A stretch of 64,000 bases of DNA from Thalia democratica (taxonomy: Eukaryota): assembly GCA_965202585.1 (NCBI GenBank), contig OZ241827.1, positions 21,576,001 through 21,640,000 of the forward strand, read 5' to 3'. Below the pieces are notes generated by a model, which was not told the DNA's origin, did no database searches, and worked only from the letters and a program-made list of their open reading frames with translations. Shown here piece after piece: positions 40,501 through 53,427 of this stretch; positions within the stretch are counted from its first letter, which is position 1; each line of letters opens with the position of its first letter. The position numbers and the translations under genes are program-made.

Positions 40501-43500
40501 TTTTAAACTTTATATAAAAGTCTAGTTTGACGTAATAAAAATTTTAGCTTTACTTAACTTTAAATTTAATAATTAGTATATCATATTTATGAAAAAAACT
40601 ACTAAACATTGAAGTATAAAATTAAAGGTACAAATTTCAGTCCGTTTAGTTTAGGGTATATTTTTTATTGTGTTTATTAAGTACATAAAGAGTATAAAAT
40701 TACAATTAACAATAAGTAAGTTTTAAGCGTATTATAGTGTATGTTTACATAATTAATTTAAAACTAAGTTTGTTATTATAAAGTAGTTTAAAATTTAGCT
40801 ACATAAAATAATTTACATTGAAAAATCTTAACGTAAAATTTTTATAATTTAGGCAGTTTGTAGATTACTAGGTTTTTGTGTATTGCTTTAAAACTCTAAA
40901 AACTTATCGTTTTATTAAACTAATTAAAAACGTAAAAGGACATAAATGCTAACTTATGCACAAACTGCTTTACTTAGTAATCAATACGAAAAACATCTAT
41001 TAGAAACCATAAATTGCAAAAATTGAATTAACTGTAGTCGTAAGTGACAAGCAACCAAGATTAATTACTCTGAATGAACAGAACTCAACATCAAGTTAAA
41101 CTTTGTTTAACAATTTTTCTAACTCTAGTTGCTTAAACGTTACCTTTTCATCTTAAAGTAGTTACCTGTTTATATTAAGCCATAGAATTAAATTATTGAT
41201 GTGAAAAATATTTGTTTTTTTTTCAGTTTTCAAAATTATAAGATTATAGATATACTCTGTTAAGTTTATTTAATAATCCTTAACTGGTTGCTTTACTAGT
41301 TGTTTAAAAGCTTATTTTATTTGGTAAAACTATTAAAAAACACTTTAACTATATTTATCTTAAGTAGGATGTTGGGTAATAACTGTTTAACGATATTGTA
41401 CTTCGTTCTGACTAGCAATAGCCACACATTTTTTGCAAACACTTTCAACTGTATTATGTTACAAGCCTATGGCAATTGGCATACTTCCTACAGATTTCGA
41501 CACAACTTATTTGAACTAGTTCATTTTTCTACCTATTCAAAAAAAAAAGCTGCTGTCACAACTATTGTTTTTACAAACAATAAAGCAAATATAGCACAAT
41601 CACACAATTTATACTCTGTTTTCAGCGGCAACACGTTTATTGGTGACATGTGATTTATGCAACAATGAAAAATTTGCATTTATTTTAGCTTTTAACAATA
41701 CTGTGCAGTTTGTAAGCTTTTGTTTAAAACTAGCATTTCTTACAACTTCTTTGAAAATCTAACAAAATTTAAGTAACTAAATCATGGAGTAGTTTTAGTA
41801 TATTTTTAAAATTTATGAAGTTTTAGGAACATCAAAATGTTTTGTTATAAAATGAGAAGTTTAAAAAAAAAATTTTAAGTACTTTTGTGTAAAGTTAATG
41901 CTTTTTAGTTTTAAAACACTAGTTGTTGGTAAAAAATACATTGTAGTTATAACTAAAAATATGTTTAATGTGCAAAATATTTAAAAATAAAAACTTAAAA
42001 TTAGCAATGAAAAGTATTAGGTTAAATACTGAGTCTTAGTTGCTGATTAAAATTATGCTTCTTTTTCAATGTAGTACACATAAATTGTTTTATTATTTTT
42101 GAAATCTTAAAGCAATGAAGTACCTTATACTAAAAGTACTTAAGCAAGCATTTGTATTGGTAAATAAAATAAATGAAAAGTCCATAAGTGTGCAAAAGTG
42201 ACTAAAAACTTAGCTTTTAGTCACTAATCCAGCTAATTAAAATAAAAGAAACAAATAGTGCTAACAAGTAAAAATAAACACTAAAATTTCAATAAAAAAT
42301 TATAACAACACCAAAATATTAATAAAAGTTTTATGAGTTTCGATACAAACATAATACTTTGAACAAGCCAACAATTTCGGAAACAACGGTTTTGAATGCT
42401 TTTACGAATATATAGAAGCAAAAAACAAACATGACTAAATAAATTTTTATTTAAATTTAAACAAAAAACTTATTTATACACTGTTAAAAAACTGTATATA
42501 TAAAACTTTGTTTGAATAAGCTAAAAACTGAATATATTTATTGCTCTTTTTAGTGAAGTATTTAAATAAACTTTTCAGATGTATTCACTGTTATATTTGT
42601 AAATAAATGTTTTACCCGTTATTTGTGTCACAAAACAATTTTGTTTAGCATCCCATAATATTATTTATTTCATTTTATTTAAGTATTTTAGTCATTTAAG
42701 ATACTAATTTTATAAAATAACTAAATATTAACAACATACAAATCTAATGACTATAAGTATTATTGTATTAAAGTATAGTTCTACTTACTCGTTGTTCTTA
42801 ATTACTTCTTTATACCAAAAAGTTCTTTAATGAAGCTTTTGTTATTTCTTCTGAAAAAAAATAAAAGTTTTAGCTTATTTCATTCAGAATAATATACTTG
42901 AAACTAAAATACCTACAAAAATAACCTTAAATTTAATGACAATTATGTTTCTTAAAATTTATTAAGTTTTGTGAACTAAAAAAAAAAATTTATAAGCTTG
43001 AAGCAGAGGCTGTCGATTTTAAAACATTATTAATCTTGTTTAGAAAATATATTCGCAAATTGATTGAAAAATTGGAAAAACCAGATGTAAATAAAAAAGT
43101 CTAACACAATTATTACTGAATATTATTCAGTCGCGCGCTTTAATTTATTTTAACTGTGTTTTTATTGATTTAAACAATATAGTTTATCAAACCATAGAGT
43201 AAGCTTTGATTTTTATACATTATTGTTCTACTAAACTTAAAAATAACTTTAGAATATTTATTTTACAATAAAAAAGTATATATACTTCTTAATAAAAACT
43301 TTAGTTAAATTTTTTTATGATAAACTAATCTAGTAGTTCTATTTCAATCAAAAAATTATTTCATAATTTTCAACTTTAGCACTAAATTAAATTTAACTTT
43401 TTAAAAAGTTTTATTATATAACATGCTCCTTAAGTACTAAAATTTGAATTCAAAATCAAAACTTAATCTTGATTTTTCCGTGAATATAATCTGTCATTTT

Positions 43501-44532
43501 AGTAAATCAAGAAAAGCAAATTTGTTTCCTTTAAGCAAGTAGCTAGATTACAAACAAATGAAACTAGATACTTAGTAAAATACGGTGATTAATCAAAACT
43601 TAGTCAACCAAAAAAGAAAATTAAAAACACAATTGAAAATGTATTATGTAAAAGACAGTTCATTAAAACTCTTGTTTAAAAAAAATTAACTCAATCATTT
43701 CGGTGGGCATTAAGTGTCAGTTTTTCTATTTCTGTTTCCGTCTATTCATAGATACTAAACACAATCAACCATTTAAGCTTTTAAACTGAAATTGAAACTC
43801 GATTATTTTTGCACTTTTTTAGTTTTTTTAATTATCATCACTGATCGATTCATACTTTGCTACGTTTTGTGTTTTTTTGTATCAAATATAGTACAGTATC
43901 TTGTTTGCAAATACAACTGGAAAAAAACTAAACTGTTACGTTAAAATAAACCAACCTTTTAATTTTAATTCAATAGAGTTTAGATTGAATAAGTTTATGT
44001 ATAGCTTACAAGTTTTAGAATGAAATTATTTTTTACTTTAAAGTATATAAAAAAAGTTTATAAATTAAAAAGTTAAAATGTTTTGCTTATAAAAAAAATT
44101 AAGCAGTCCTGATCAACGAAACTATAAAAACTTGAGTTAAAACATTAAATCTTTATTGGCTTAATAATTTTTGAATATGTTCTACGCAGCTAACTAAGTG
44201 TTAAAACTTTTCTTTATGCGTTTTTAAAGTAAACAATTTTTTTTAAATTCTAAAAAATAAAGGACTTAGTTGAATTTTATGAAAATCTTCTATACAACTA
44301 ATGACTTAAATAATCAAATTAAAAAAAAAAGTTATAAAAATGATATATTTAAAATTTATGATCATCTAATTATGAAGTATTTTTTGGAATAAGAACATTT
44401 ATTAAGTACTTTTAAAACTCTCATAGATGAAACCGTATAACTAAATGAATGTTACAGCAAAATTTCTGTTTATTATTGCTAGAGTTTATGACTATAAATA
44501 CATTTACAAAATAAAAATCTATAAGTTTGTAC

Positions 44533-45259
44533 CAGGGGCGTCGCGTGGGGTGTTGCACTGCCGCAATTGCACCACCTTAAAATTTTGTAAGAAAAAATTA
44601 AGTATCTATAACGTTTTCGTTATTTGTTAGAAGAAAATCGTTTATAAAACTCCAATTTAGAAAACGACCATTTTGCTAACTACACTGCCGCAAACTCTTA
44701 GCTGATTGCCGCAAATGAACTCAAAACAGCAAAATTTCTTCAAGAATTACCGCAAAATTAATATCTTGCGGTAAGTAAGCTAAGTTGAAAATTCCCTGAA
44801 ACAGTACAGGTTTAAGTATCATTCCACAAGTTATTATAAACAAAAAGTTAAAACAAAGCTAAGCAGATCACAGGCGATTCGAGCAGAAGCAACTCGAGAA
44901 GAAGCAACTCGAGAAGAAGCAACTCGAGAAGAGACAACTCGAGAAGAGGCAACTCGAGAAGAGGCAACTCGAGAAGAGGCAACTCGAGAAGAAGCAACTC
45001 GAGAAGAAGCAACTCGAGAAGAAGCAACTCGAGAAGGAGCAACTCGAGCAGAAGCAATTCGAGCAGAATCAACTCGAGCAGAGGCAACTCGAGCAGAAGC
45101 AACTCGAGCAGTAGCAACTCTAGCAGAGGCAACTCGAGCATAAGCAACTCTAGCAGAGGCAACTCGAGCAGGGACAACTTAAGTAGGGGCAAGTCGATCA
45201 CCTTAAACTCGGATTTTTTTTTCTGCACCACCTAAGAAAGATACCACGCGACGACACTG
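44533..45259. mobile_element. hAT-family MITE, 727 bp
   Basis: TIRs caggggcgtcgcgtgg / ccacgcgacgacactg. Perfect 8-bp TSD gtttgtac (44525-44532 and 45260-45267). Empty site with a single gtttgtac in the paralogue at 25604-25611. Confidence 0.92.
44874..45180. repeat. 15-bp minisatellite, about 20 units, inside the MITE
   Basis: Consensus gcaactcgag(a/c)aga(a/g), read directly. Confidence 0.92.
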
Positions 45260-47558
45260 GTTTGTACTAAAGAAAATATAAAGTACTTTATTCGATTAAT
45301 CAAGTTTTTGTTTTTGAAGCATAAATGTATTTAACCGTCAGATAAGATACTTAATGTTTAAATAGAATAAATTTAATGATATGTTGAAAGCAATTATTTT
45401 TTGATAAATGTCTAAAATTTTAAAAAATAAGCAGTAATTAAATTTAAAAGTAATGAATTTTAGGAAGTTATAAGCTTTATCAAATTTTGTAGTTTAAATT
45501 TTTTCTAAAGAACATAAAAGTAGCAATTACTTTTAATATTTATTGATTTGAAATATTAATAAATAAATAAAAATAAAATAATAAATTACAAGTCTAACCA
45601 TTTTTTTTTAATCCAAACATGCTATAAAAATGCAATAACTTAAGTTGTTGATAGTAATAATGACAGCTTACTAAGATTAATTGCTTTTAATCAACAAAGT
45701 CTATTTGAAGTCATATTTTTTGTTTTTAAAGGCTTGTATTGCTAAAAACTAGTTAGTTTAAAATTTCCTTTTCATTACTTAAGCTTTTGAGTTTGTTTAA
45801 GAAAAAAGTAAAAATTTGAAACACTTTTACTAAAGGCTGTCAAATCGTTCTATTGAAGCAAGTAACTTAAATTTGGTAAACTTTTTATAAATCTATTTGA
45901 TTTAAATGGCGCAAACTTTATAAACATTCATGTATATAGAATTTAAATTGAAAATTAAGTATTTTTCCGTGAATTTTAAAACAAGTAGTTTTATTTGAAT
46001 ACAATTTAGTCATTTCAATACTTTAACATTAATGTGTATGGTTTGGTATAACCTAACAACATTTTTATAATAAGTTAAACCACTTAGTTTATAGTAAATT
46101 CTCTATAAATTGTTAATATAGCCCACTAAAAGTTAGCAATTTTATATTTTCTGTGTGTTATACTTTGTTTCTACACTAAACTTATTGTGTATTTTTATAG
46201 CTTTGTTTATATTATGTTGATTTTACTTTCCCCTAATCCTTTTGATTTGATTACTCTGTAAAAACTGAATTCTGTAAAACATTTAATTAGAAACATATTA
46301 TTTTTTTATGATACGTTAGGGTTAGACAACCCATACAAATAAGCTTACATTGTAATTTCTATTTAAATAATGTATTGAAGTGACTTTTATTGTGTTTTTA
46401 CGTCTTTTTCTATTTGTATATCTACAAGGTTTGCACAATCAGTTTTGTGTTTAGCTAAAAATAAAGGTCATTGTGTTTTGCAATCAATAAAGTTGCTCTA
46501 CATTTTTGCTAGTTGTACACAATTGCTAAAATAAAATGTTTGTTTATTGTTCTTAGTACAGCTTTAAAAACAGAATGTATTTGTTAAGCAGTAATTTTGA
46601 GGAAACTTAAGGTCAACAAATGTTAATTGAGACTAGTTCATACAGTACTGTTACGCGTTTTTCTTATTTTATTGTTGTCCAAAGTAGTCAGATAACATGT
46701 TATTTTTTTGTAGTTTTATTAGCATTATCTATTCATAACATTATCTATTCTATTCTATTATCTATTCTATTTAGAACATTAAGTAATAGAATCAGACTAT
46801 TCTTACTAAAAAATCTACAAAATACGGTTGTTGAAACTTGTTTAAATACTTTTTTAGCTTCAAAATTGTTTAAATTGTACACAACCATTTTAAAGTATTT
46901 TGTAAAACTTTTGAAACCTTTTTACTTTAATAATTTCAAATGCTAATGCTTTTTATAATAATTTTGTATTTTTCATAAGACGAGTATATAACATTCATTT
47001 TAACTATGAAATATTACTAATTAAAACACTTTTTTTTTTGTAAACAGTATTTAGTAAAACTATAGCCAAAAATCAATAAGGCCTTAGAAAGATTTTTTTA
47101 AAACCTTAAAGTCCAAAAAAACAACTCATTATGTAAAAATTATATAAATTAAGTTATAAAGTTTAAATTCTAAATTAACTAGACGTAACGACGTATTTTA
47201 GGAAACTATTAAATGTCTGCTTCAGAAAAAAAAGAGACTTTTTTGAAGTAAAAGTACGCAAGAAAATAATTTATCACAATGTAAAACGATTAACTCGTAA
47301 CTTTTTTTAAGTGTTTTTATAAGGCAAGCCAAATTATTTAATTCTTCCGATTACTTGTAAGCAATAAGCTAAAGTATTACTTATAAAAATTAGAAAACTG
47401 TAAAAAAGTTACGCTAAGATATATTAAATTTTTTTTTTAAGTAAAAAAATAGGTATGATATTAATCTACTAAATATAAAGTTCTTACCAAAATAAAAACT
47501 TATTATGTCTTTTTTATGTTTCTGCGATAGTTTACTAAAATAAAAATAAAATTTTGAG

Positions 47559-47880
47559 CAGGGTTTTCCAAAGAGGGCCATATGGCTTCTTGAAGGCCAA
47601 AGGGGTCTCGTTAGTATAAAAGGGTCATAGGAGGGTTATGAAGCTATGATAGCAGATATTCTGAGATTGCCGATGAAGAGCAAAAAAACATTTTTGGCGT
47701 TATTAAGTGTAGTAACAAAACTTACTAAAAATAATTTTAAACTTACACTAGACATTCTGGAGTTGATGATTAAAAGAGAAAAAAAGGTCCTTGGCGTATA
47801 TAACATTAGTTTTTGGTGAGAGGGGGCCATAATTTTTTTAATTTGCTCTTAGGGGGCCGTACGACAAAAGTTTTGTGAAC
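47559..47880. mobile_element. Decayed hAT-like MITE
   Basis: Begins cagggttttccaaag and ends ...gggggccgtacgacaaaagttttgtgaac. GC-richer than its flanks and absent from the paralogous position in Y. The right TIR and TSD are not clean. Confidence 0.5.
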
Positions 47881-49029
47881 TTAACAATTTGATTAATTTC
47901 AATTTTTATATATTTCTCAGTACTTTGCCTAAAATAACAGGTTTTGTTAACTAAAATCATAAAATACTATGTAGTGCAATTTTAAAGACTTAATTTCTAA
48001 AAATTTTAACAAGTTAATTTAATGAGTTAGATTATAAAAAAGTTCTGCATAAGTTAATAAAATAAGTTCTATTAAAAATCTGCTTAGTCACATGTATCAA
48101 AAAAAAAAAGAGATAATCAAAATCATTTTAAACAATACTTCAACATTTGAAGAAACTTTTTACTTTTTTACAATAAACAATTTTTACAAGTATTTAAGTA
48201 CACATTTGCATGTACGACATTAAAAGTATTTACACTAAAAGCTAGAAAGAGCTTTTGCTATTAATTTATCTAAAAAAATATTTGTGTTTAAAATAATACT
48301 TTTAGTTATTTAAATTGTTATATTTTGTTTTATAAGAGGTAAACTTTAATTAAACAGTTATACTTAACAAAGTATTCTTATAGCTTTAATTTCACAATAT
48401 AATGGTTCATGAAAGTTTGTTTTTACTTAACATATAACTTGTGTAATGAATAATAAATACAAATGTCAACAAACTGAATTTAACGAAACACTTTTACAAG
48501 TTTACATTAATCAATCTATTTTTAACAACTCTGGTGATTTTTCTACAACATTGGCATTAAGTTAAGCGTAAATTTTAACTGTACTGTTTTACAAAGTTGT
48601 TTATTTAAGCTCTATAAGTTTTACTTTTATTTTGATCGATAAAAAAAGAATACAAACATTTTTAAAACTGGTTTCATGGAATACTAAGTTCATTAATTTA
48701 TACTTAAATTATGACTATAGTGATCAGATGAACAAAAATAAGTTGTTTAAACTGTATTTACTAAAAACTATTAACAATTCATTAATTAAGATTATAATAA
48801 TATAGTAGATTTAAGATAATACTTTAAGATTAATATAATGTTATACGATTTACGGAAATTACTGCTTGTTCACTTTAAATAAATTTTAAACACAAATATT
48901 TTTTTAATTCCAACCGGCTGTTTAATTTATAAAATATAAATATAACTAAATTTTAAATTTATATACAAACATAAGTATTAATTATTTTTTTTAGCTGGAG
49001 TTTATTGTTTCTAACTTAAACATGGAAAA

Positions 49030-50940
49030 CTCAGACTTAATTAAGCTATGTTTTAAAAAACTAATTAATAAGCTTTTATCGACTAGAAAATTTTAAGAAA
49101 TTTACGACCTCTTATAGAGAATTCATTTAACGTACTAAAATATGACAAAATAATTCTCTAATAATCAGTATCAAATCACCAAAACATTATAAAAGACAAT
49201 TTGTTTATTGAAAATGATTTTATCTTTATAAAAACTATATTGATAAATTCTAAATAACTCGTGCACATTTTTCCAAAACAAAAGCTTAAGTAGCTTACAA
49301 TTGAATTGACGCATTTTAAATCAATTAATTATCGACAATTTATTTGAAATTTATAATATTTCGTTAATTTTAATTTTAATAAGACTTCTCAATACGCGTC
49401 AGTTAGTAAAACTTTATTTTTTTTTTAAAGTTGTTTAGACTTTCCTTATTGTAAAAATAATAGTTTAAGGTATCGATTAATTTTTTACGTTTCATCTACC
49501 GTTTATAAAGTGTATTTTTAAATTATGTAGTTAATTTTAGATTTATATCTGTAGTAATAGTTTATCTGTAACGAAGCTATCTTGTTAAATTTAAAGCCAT
49601 ATTTCAAAGCCATATTTGTAAATAGAGTGTTATTTTTATAAATATATCTAAACTTTTAAAACTTAATAACGGTTAAAAACTTTAGAATTTAAATCTAACT
49701 TATAAACAAGTTAAGTTTTTTGTATCCGTTTAAGTTAAGTTTTTTGTTTAAAATACTTTAAACTGTAATAGATTTTATAATTTCAAGTTAAACTTTTCAA
49801 AGATTTTTGTTTTCTGTTATAAACAAGTCTACTTTGAATGGTATAAATCAAAACAACAAAGATTTTTCTAACGTAAAGTTTTGCTAGGTTGTATAACATT
49901 AGTTTTTATTATTTTAGTTTGATTTTAAAACTAACATTTCTACATGCAAAGTAAATAAAACTTTATTTTTAATTTAAAACTTTTCTAACAAACTCCGAAA
50001 TTTTCCTCATGTAACCACGGAAACCGGTTAGTGTAGTATTTCTTTAATAGCTTTAAATAAAACTTCGTTTAACTTTAGCTATTTAGTTCAATCAAACTTT
50101 ACAGGCATGTTTTTTTTTTTTTTATACTAGAAGATGCAAACAAAAAATTTTGATAAAAATAGAAAAAATTGTTCTGAAATTAAACTTTTATATATCAAAC
50201 TGCAAAATGATTTAAGCTTCTAAAAATATGAGAATTTGTTTTAAATCGCAACTGTATAAACTTAAAAATTGTTGGATTTAGTAACACAAAATATTGATGA
50301 TTTAAATAAATTATCTTTTAAAATAAATACTTATTAAAAATTTTAATTTTTTTTTTATTTTTTGACATTAACTCGAAATAACAAACCCGCATTTTACATG
50401 GCTATCTAAATTTTTCTTGTAAGATTTTTGTAAAATTGTTGTAACATCTTAGTAAAAATAACCACAACAATATAGTAAAAAAGTAGCCTGTTTAGTTACT
50501 TTAAATATTATAAATCTTAATACTTTTTGAATAAAGAGCTTTAAATAGAAGAAACAGCTTTTAAGATAATTAGTTTAATTTAGATTAATGACAAAACGAG
50601 TTTGAAAAGTTTGTGTAATAAACGATATTATTAAATTCTTATAGTTAAATACAAAAATTAAATATACTAAATAAAATCATTTATAAATTTGTTATACTAT
50701 CTAATATTATGATTAACATCATACTAATTAAAATTAAACAAAAATCTACAAATAACAGACACTTCAATTAGGTTTATGAAATCGTAACAAAATTCATACT
50801 GATTAAACTTGAATTTAAGCAACTTTTGGTTACTTAATTCAATCAAGTGTCAGTATTTGTCACTATTTATTCGCATTTGATCGGAATTAATATATAAAAC
50901 AGCAGAAAGTTTTGGGAAACCAACAAAATTATTTTGTCTG
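49030..50940 (+). pseudogene. Probable highly decayed Hlx relic (copy E)
   Basis: accacggaaaccggtt at about 50013 matches exon 4 accatggtaaccggtt at 14/16. Intron-4 element at 50805-50940. Confidence 0.35.
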
Positions 50941-53427
50941 CTTTTGTTAAAAGTTTTTGAACATCATTTTTGAATGTAAAATTTCTGGAAAACTTTTAAA
51001 TAGGTAAACAAAATTTATTTTACAAAAAGACGTACGTTACGTTAAACGTGTACCTTACAGCTTTAGACAAGATTTAGTTTTTTTTTTAAATTGAAAAATA
51101 GCTAATTTTTTATTGTGTTTAACAAAAGTTTTACACGCTTAGTTTATTGTTTAAGTTTTTAAAAAATTATAGGTTTATGTTATTATAAAATATATTTATG
51201 TCGTTTTTGCGTTTATTTAACTTAAATTATTTAACAAAACACCAAAAACTTATAAAAAAAATGTTATTCACCTTATTTTCAATATTTAGTGCGTACGTAT
51301 TAAAGTGCGTTCCATATTAATGTCATTACTGTACTTGACTGTCTATTCATTAAATTAAATATAAAGAAAATCTTAATTGATTCTTGTATCATACTTTTAA
51401 ATATTTACTAGATTAGTGTTATAAGTTTTTTGTCAAATGATGATAAAATTAAAGTAAACTGTATGGATAACAAACATTGACCACTTTACTACCTAATTGA
51501 ATAACACACAAAAATGTTGTAGCTAATGTTTTATTATTGTTTGAAAGTGGGTAACAAGTTTCACTTTGTAACAATTATGAATTTATTTTTTAAAGTGCAT
51601 AATGTAGTTGTAAGAATTGTGCTTTGCTCAACTTCAAAACAAAGTACTTGATAAAAGTTAGAATTGGCAAAACAGTTAGTTTTAAAAAGTAATTGCTATA
51701 TTTAGTAACTTAGTTTTTCATATAAACATAATTCAAAAAAAAAATTTAATTTGTTCCTACATACTTTAAAACATATCAAAAACTATAAAGTAGTAAAAAA
51801 ATATTTTTAAGAACACTATTTTATTTTATTTAAAAATCTGTAACTTTATTGGCTTAAGTAAATATATAACATTAAACATATTTTCAAAGAGATACTGTAA
51901 AAACCGCGACCAATACACAAACCCTTCTTGCTGATTGCGCCTGAAAACTTTCACCACAAGTATCACGCGGCGGTCGATTTTAGGTTTCTGGTAAATTTAC
52001 CTCTTTTATATTAGTTTCAAAACTTTTTTTAAGATTTTTTATAATTCTTAATATGTCTTGGTTTTAAAACTTCTACTTAAACTTACTTAATAAGTTTCAA
52101 TACAAATAAACCTTGCTTAATACAACTGATATGTTATTCTAACTGAATTTTTCGGTAAATGTATATAACCTGTATATTTTGTCTTTGCAAAAACATTTGA
52201 ACAAACTAAAGAAGCTTTTAAGTTTAAAAGTCTACTAGGAAATAATTTACGATGCAATACTCAAATATTAGAAAAATAACAAGTTGTATCTGTTGTATTA
52301 AAAGTTGAACAAAAAGCTTAAATATCATCGAGGCATCAACTTTACTGACAAATGTGATTTGTTTTTTTATAGTATAAAGTTTACTAATTTTTATGTCTAG
52401 AAGAATTTTAAACTTATACTGTTTTCCAAATACTTCGTCAATACTACACGCTCAAAGTTCACATACACTTACAATTGTTAAATTATTTTAGAAATTTAAA
52501 GTAGAATTTTTTTTTAAATATTGTAAAAATACATTTTGCCGAAACACTGCCTTACTAAAAAACTAACCTTTTGTATTTTATAAATTATTTTTGTAACATT
52601 TGAAACTTGTCATGCTTTCGATCACTAATTAGGAACTTGTCATAATAATAGTTATTATTTTAGATAAAGCATTAAATGAAATAAGAAGTTTTATTTGTCA
52701 GTCTGATTGTTTTTTAATTGCTTTTAATATAATAACCTATACAAGAAATTTTAAGAAGCTATACCACATTGTAAACATACTTTTTTCTAATTGTTTTTTT
52801 GAAAATTAAAGTTATGACTCATTTATCTTAAAATTATTTAGCATAAAAAAATTGTTATTTGATGTGAAAGTTATTAAGTAATTGTCAAATTTTTGAACAA
52901 CCTTTTTAATCATCTTTAAAAAAATAATAATGTTGAACATAAATTAAAATACTAACATAAAGTTTGTAAAAAAACAATTTTAACAAGTTATTGTTACTGT
53001 ATTTAACATGTTTAAGATTCAAATGCACATTAAATAAAAAAATCATAGACTTTTACATGAATATGTTGATTGTTTAATTTCAAATCAGGGTTTAAATAAA
53101 CGCTATAGCCACAATACTTAAAATAATAAAACAGAAGAAAATCAATTAGTTTTCATGCTAAACACAATTTTCTTTTTGTAACAAACAAAATTAAGCTTGG
53201 TCACACGCTTAACTTTCTCTTAAACACAGATAGATTCGTTTAAGAAACCAACTTTATTCAATTCAAAACAAATTTATGTATATCGATAGGTTTGGTGACA
53301 TTTTAGTGATAGACAAAAAATATTTTATAACAACAGTTTTTAGATGCAACTCTTAAACAACTGACTAATCTTAAACAAGAAGTTATTTGCGATAAAGGTC
53401 TACCACCATTTAAGATCCAGTATCAAC

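Larger units (their letters stand above)
32330..41862 (-). repeat. Right arm (X') of the inverted segmental duplication
   Basis: Reverse-complement homologue of 11126-19590. Confidence 0.9.
42150..52000 (+). repeat. Copy Y' of the older direct segmental duplication
   Basis: Collinear with 23491-31560. Carries two private MITE insertions and a deleted remnant (about 51935-52000) of the 31.3-31.9k coding island. Confidence 0.85.

Noticed and set aside
44848-45231. 127-aa leucine-rich ORF resembling an LRR or leucine zipper
   Set aside because: It is the translation of a 15-bp minisatellite inside a MITE and has no support as a gene.
23491-52000. Duplications as uncollapsed haplotypes
   Set aside because: Mixed orientations, high divergence of Y/Y' and copy-specific TE insertions argue for real paralogues. 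Read-level confirmation is still needed.
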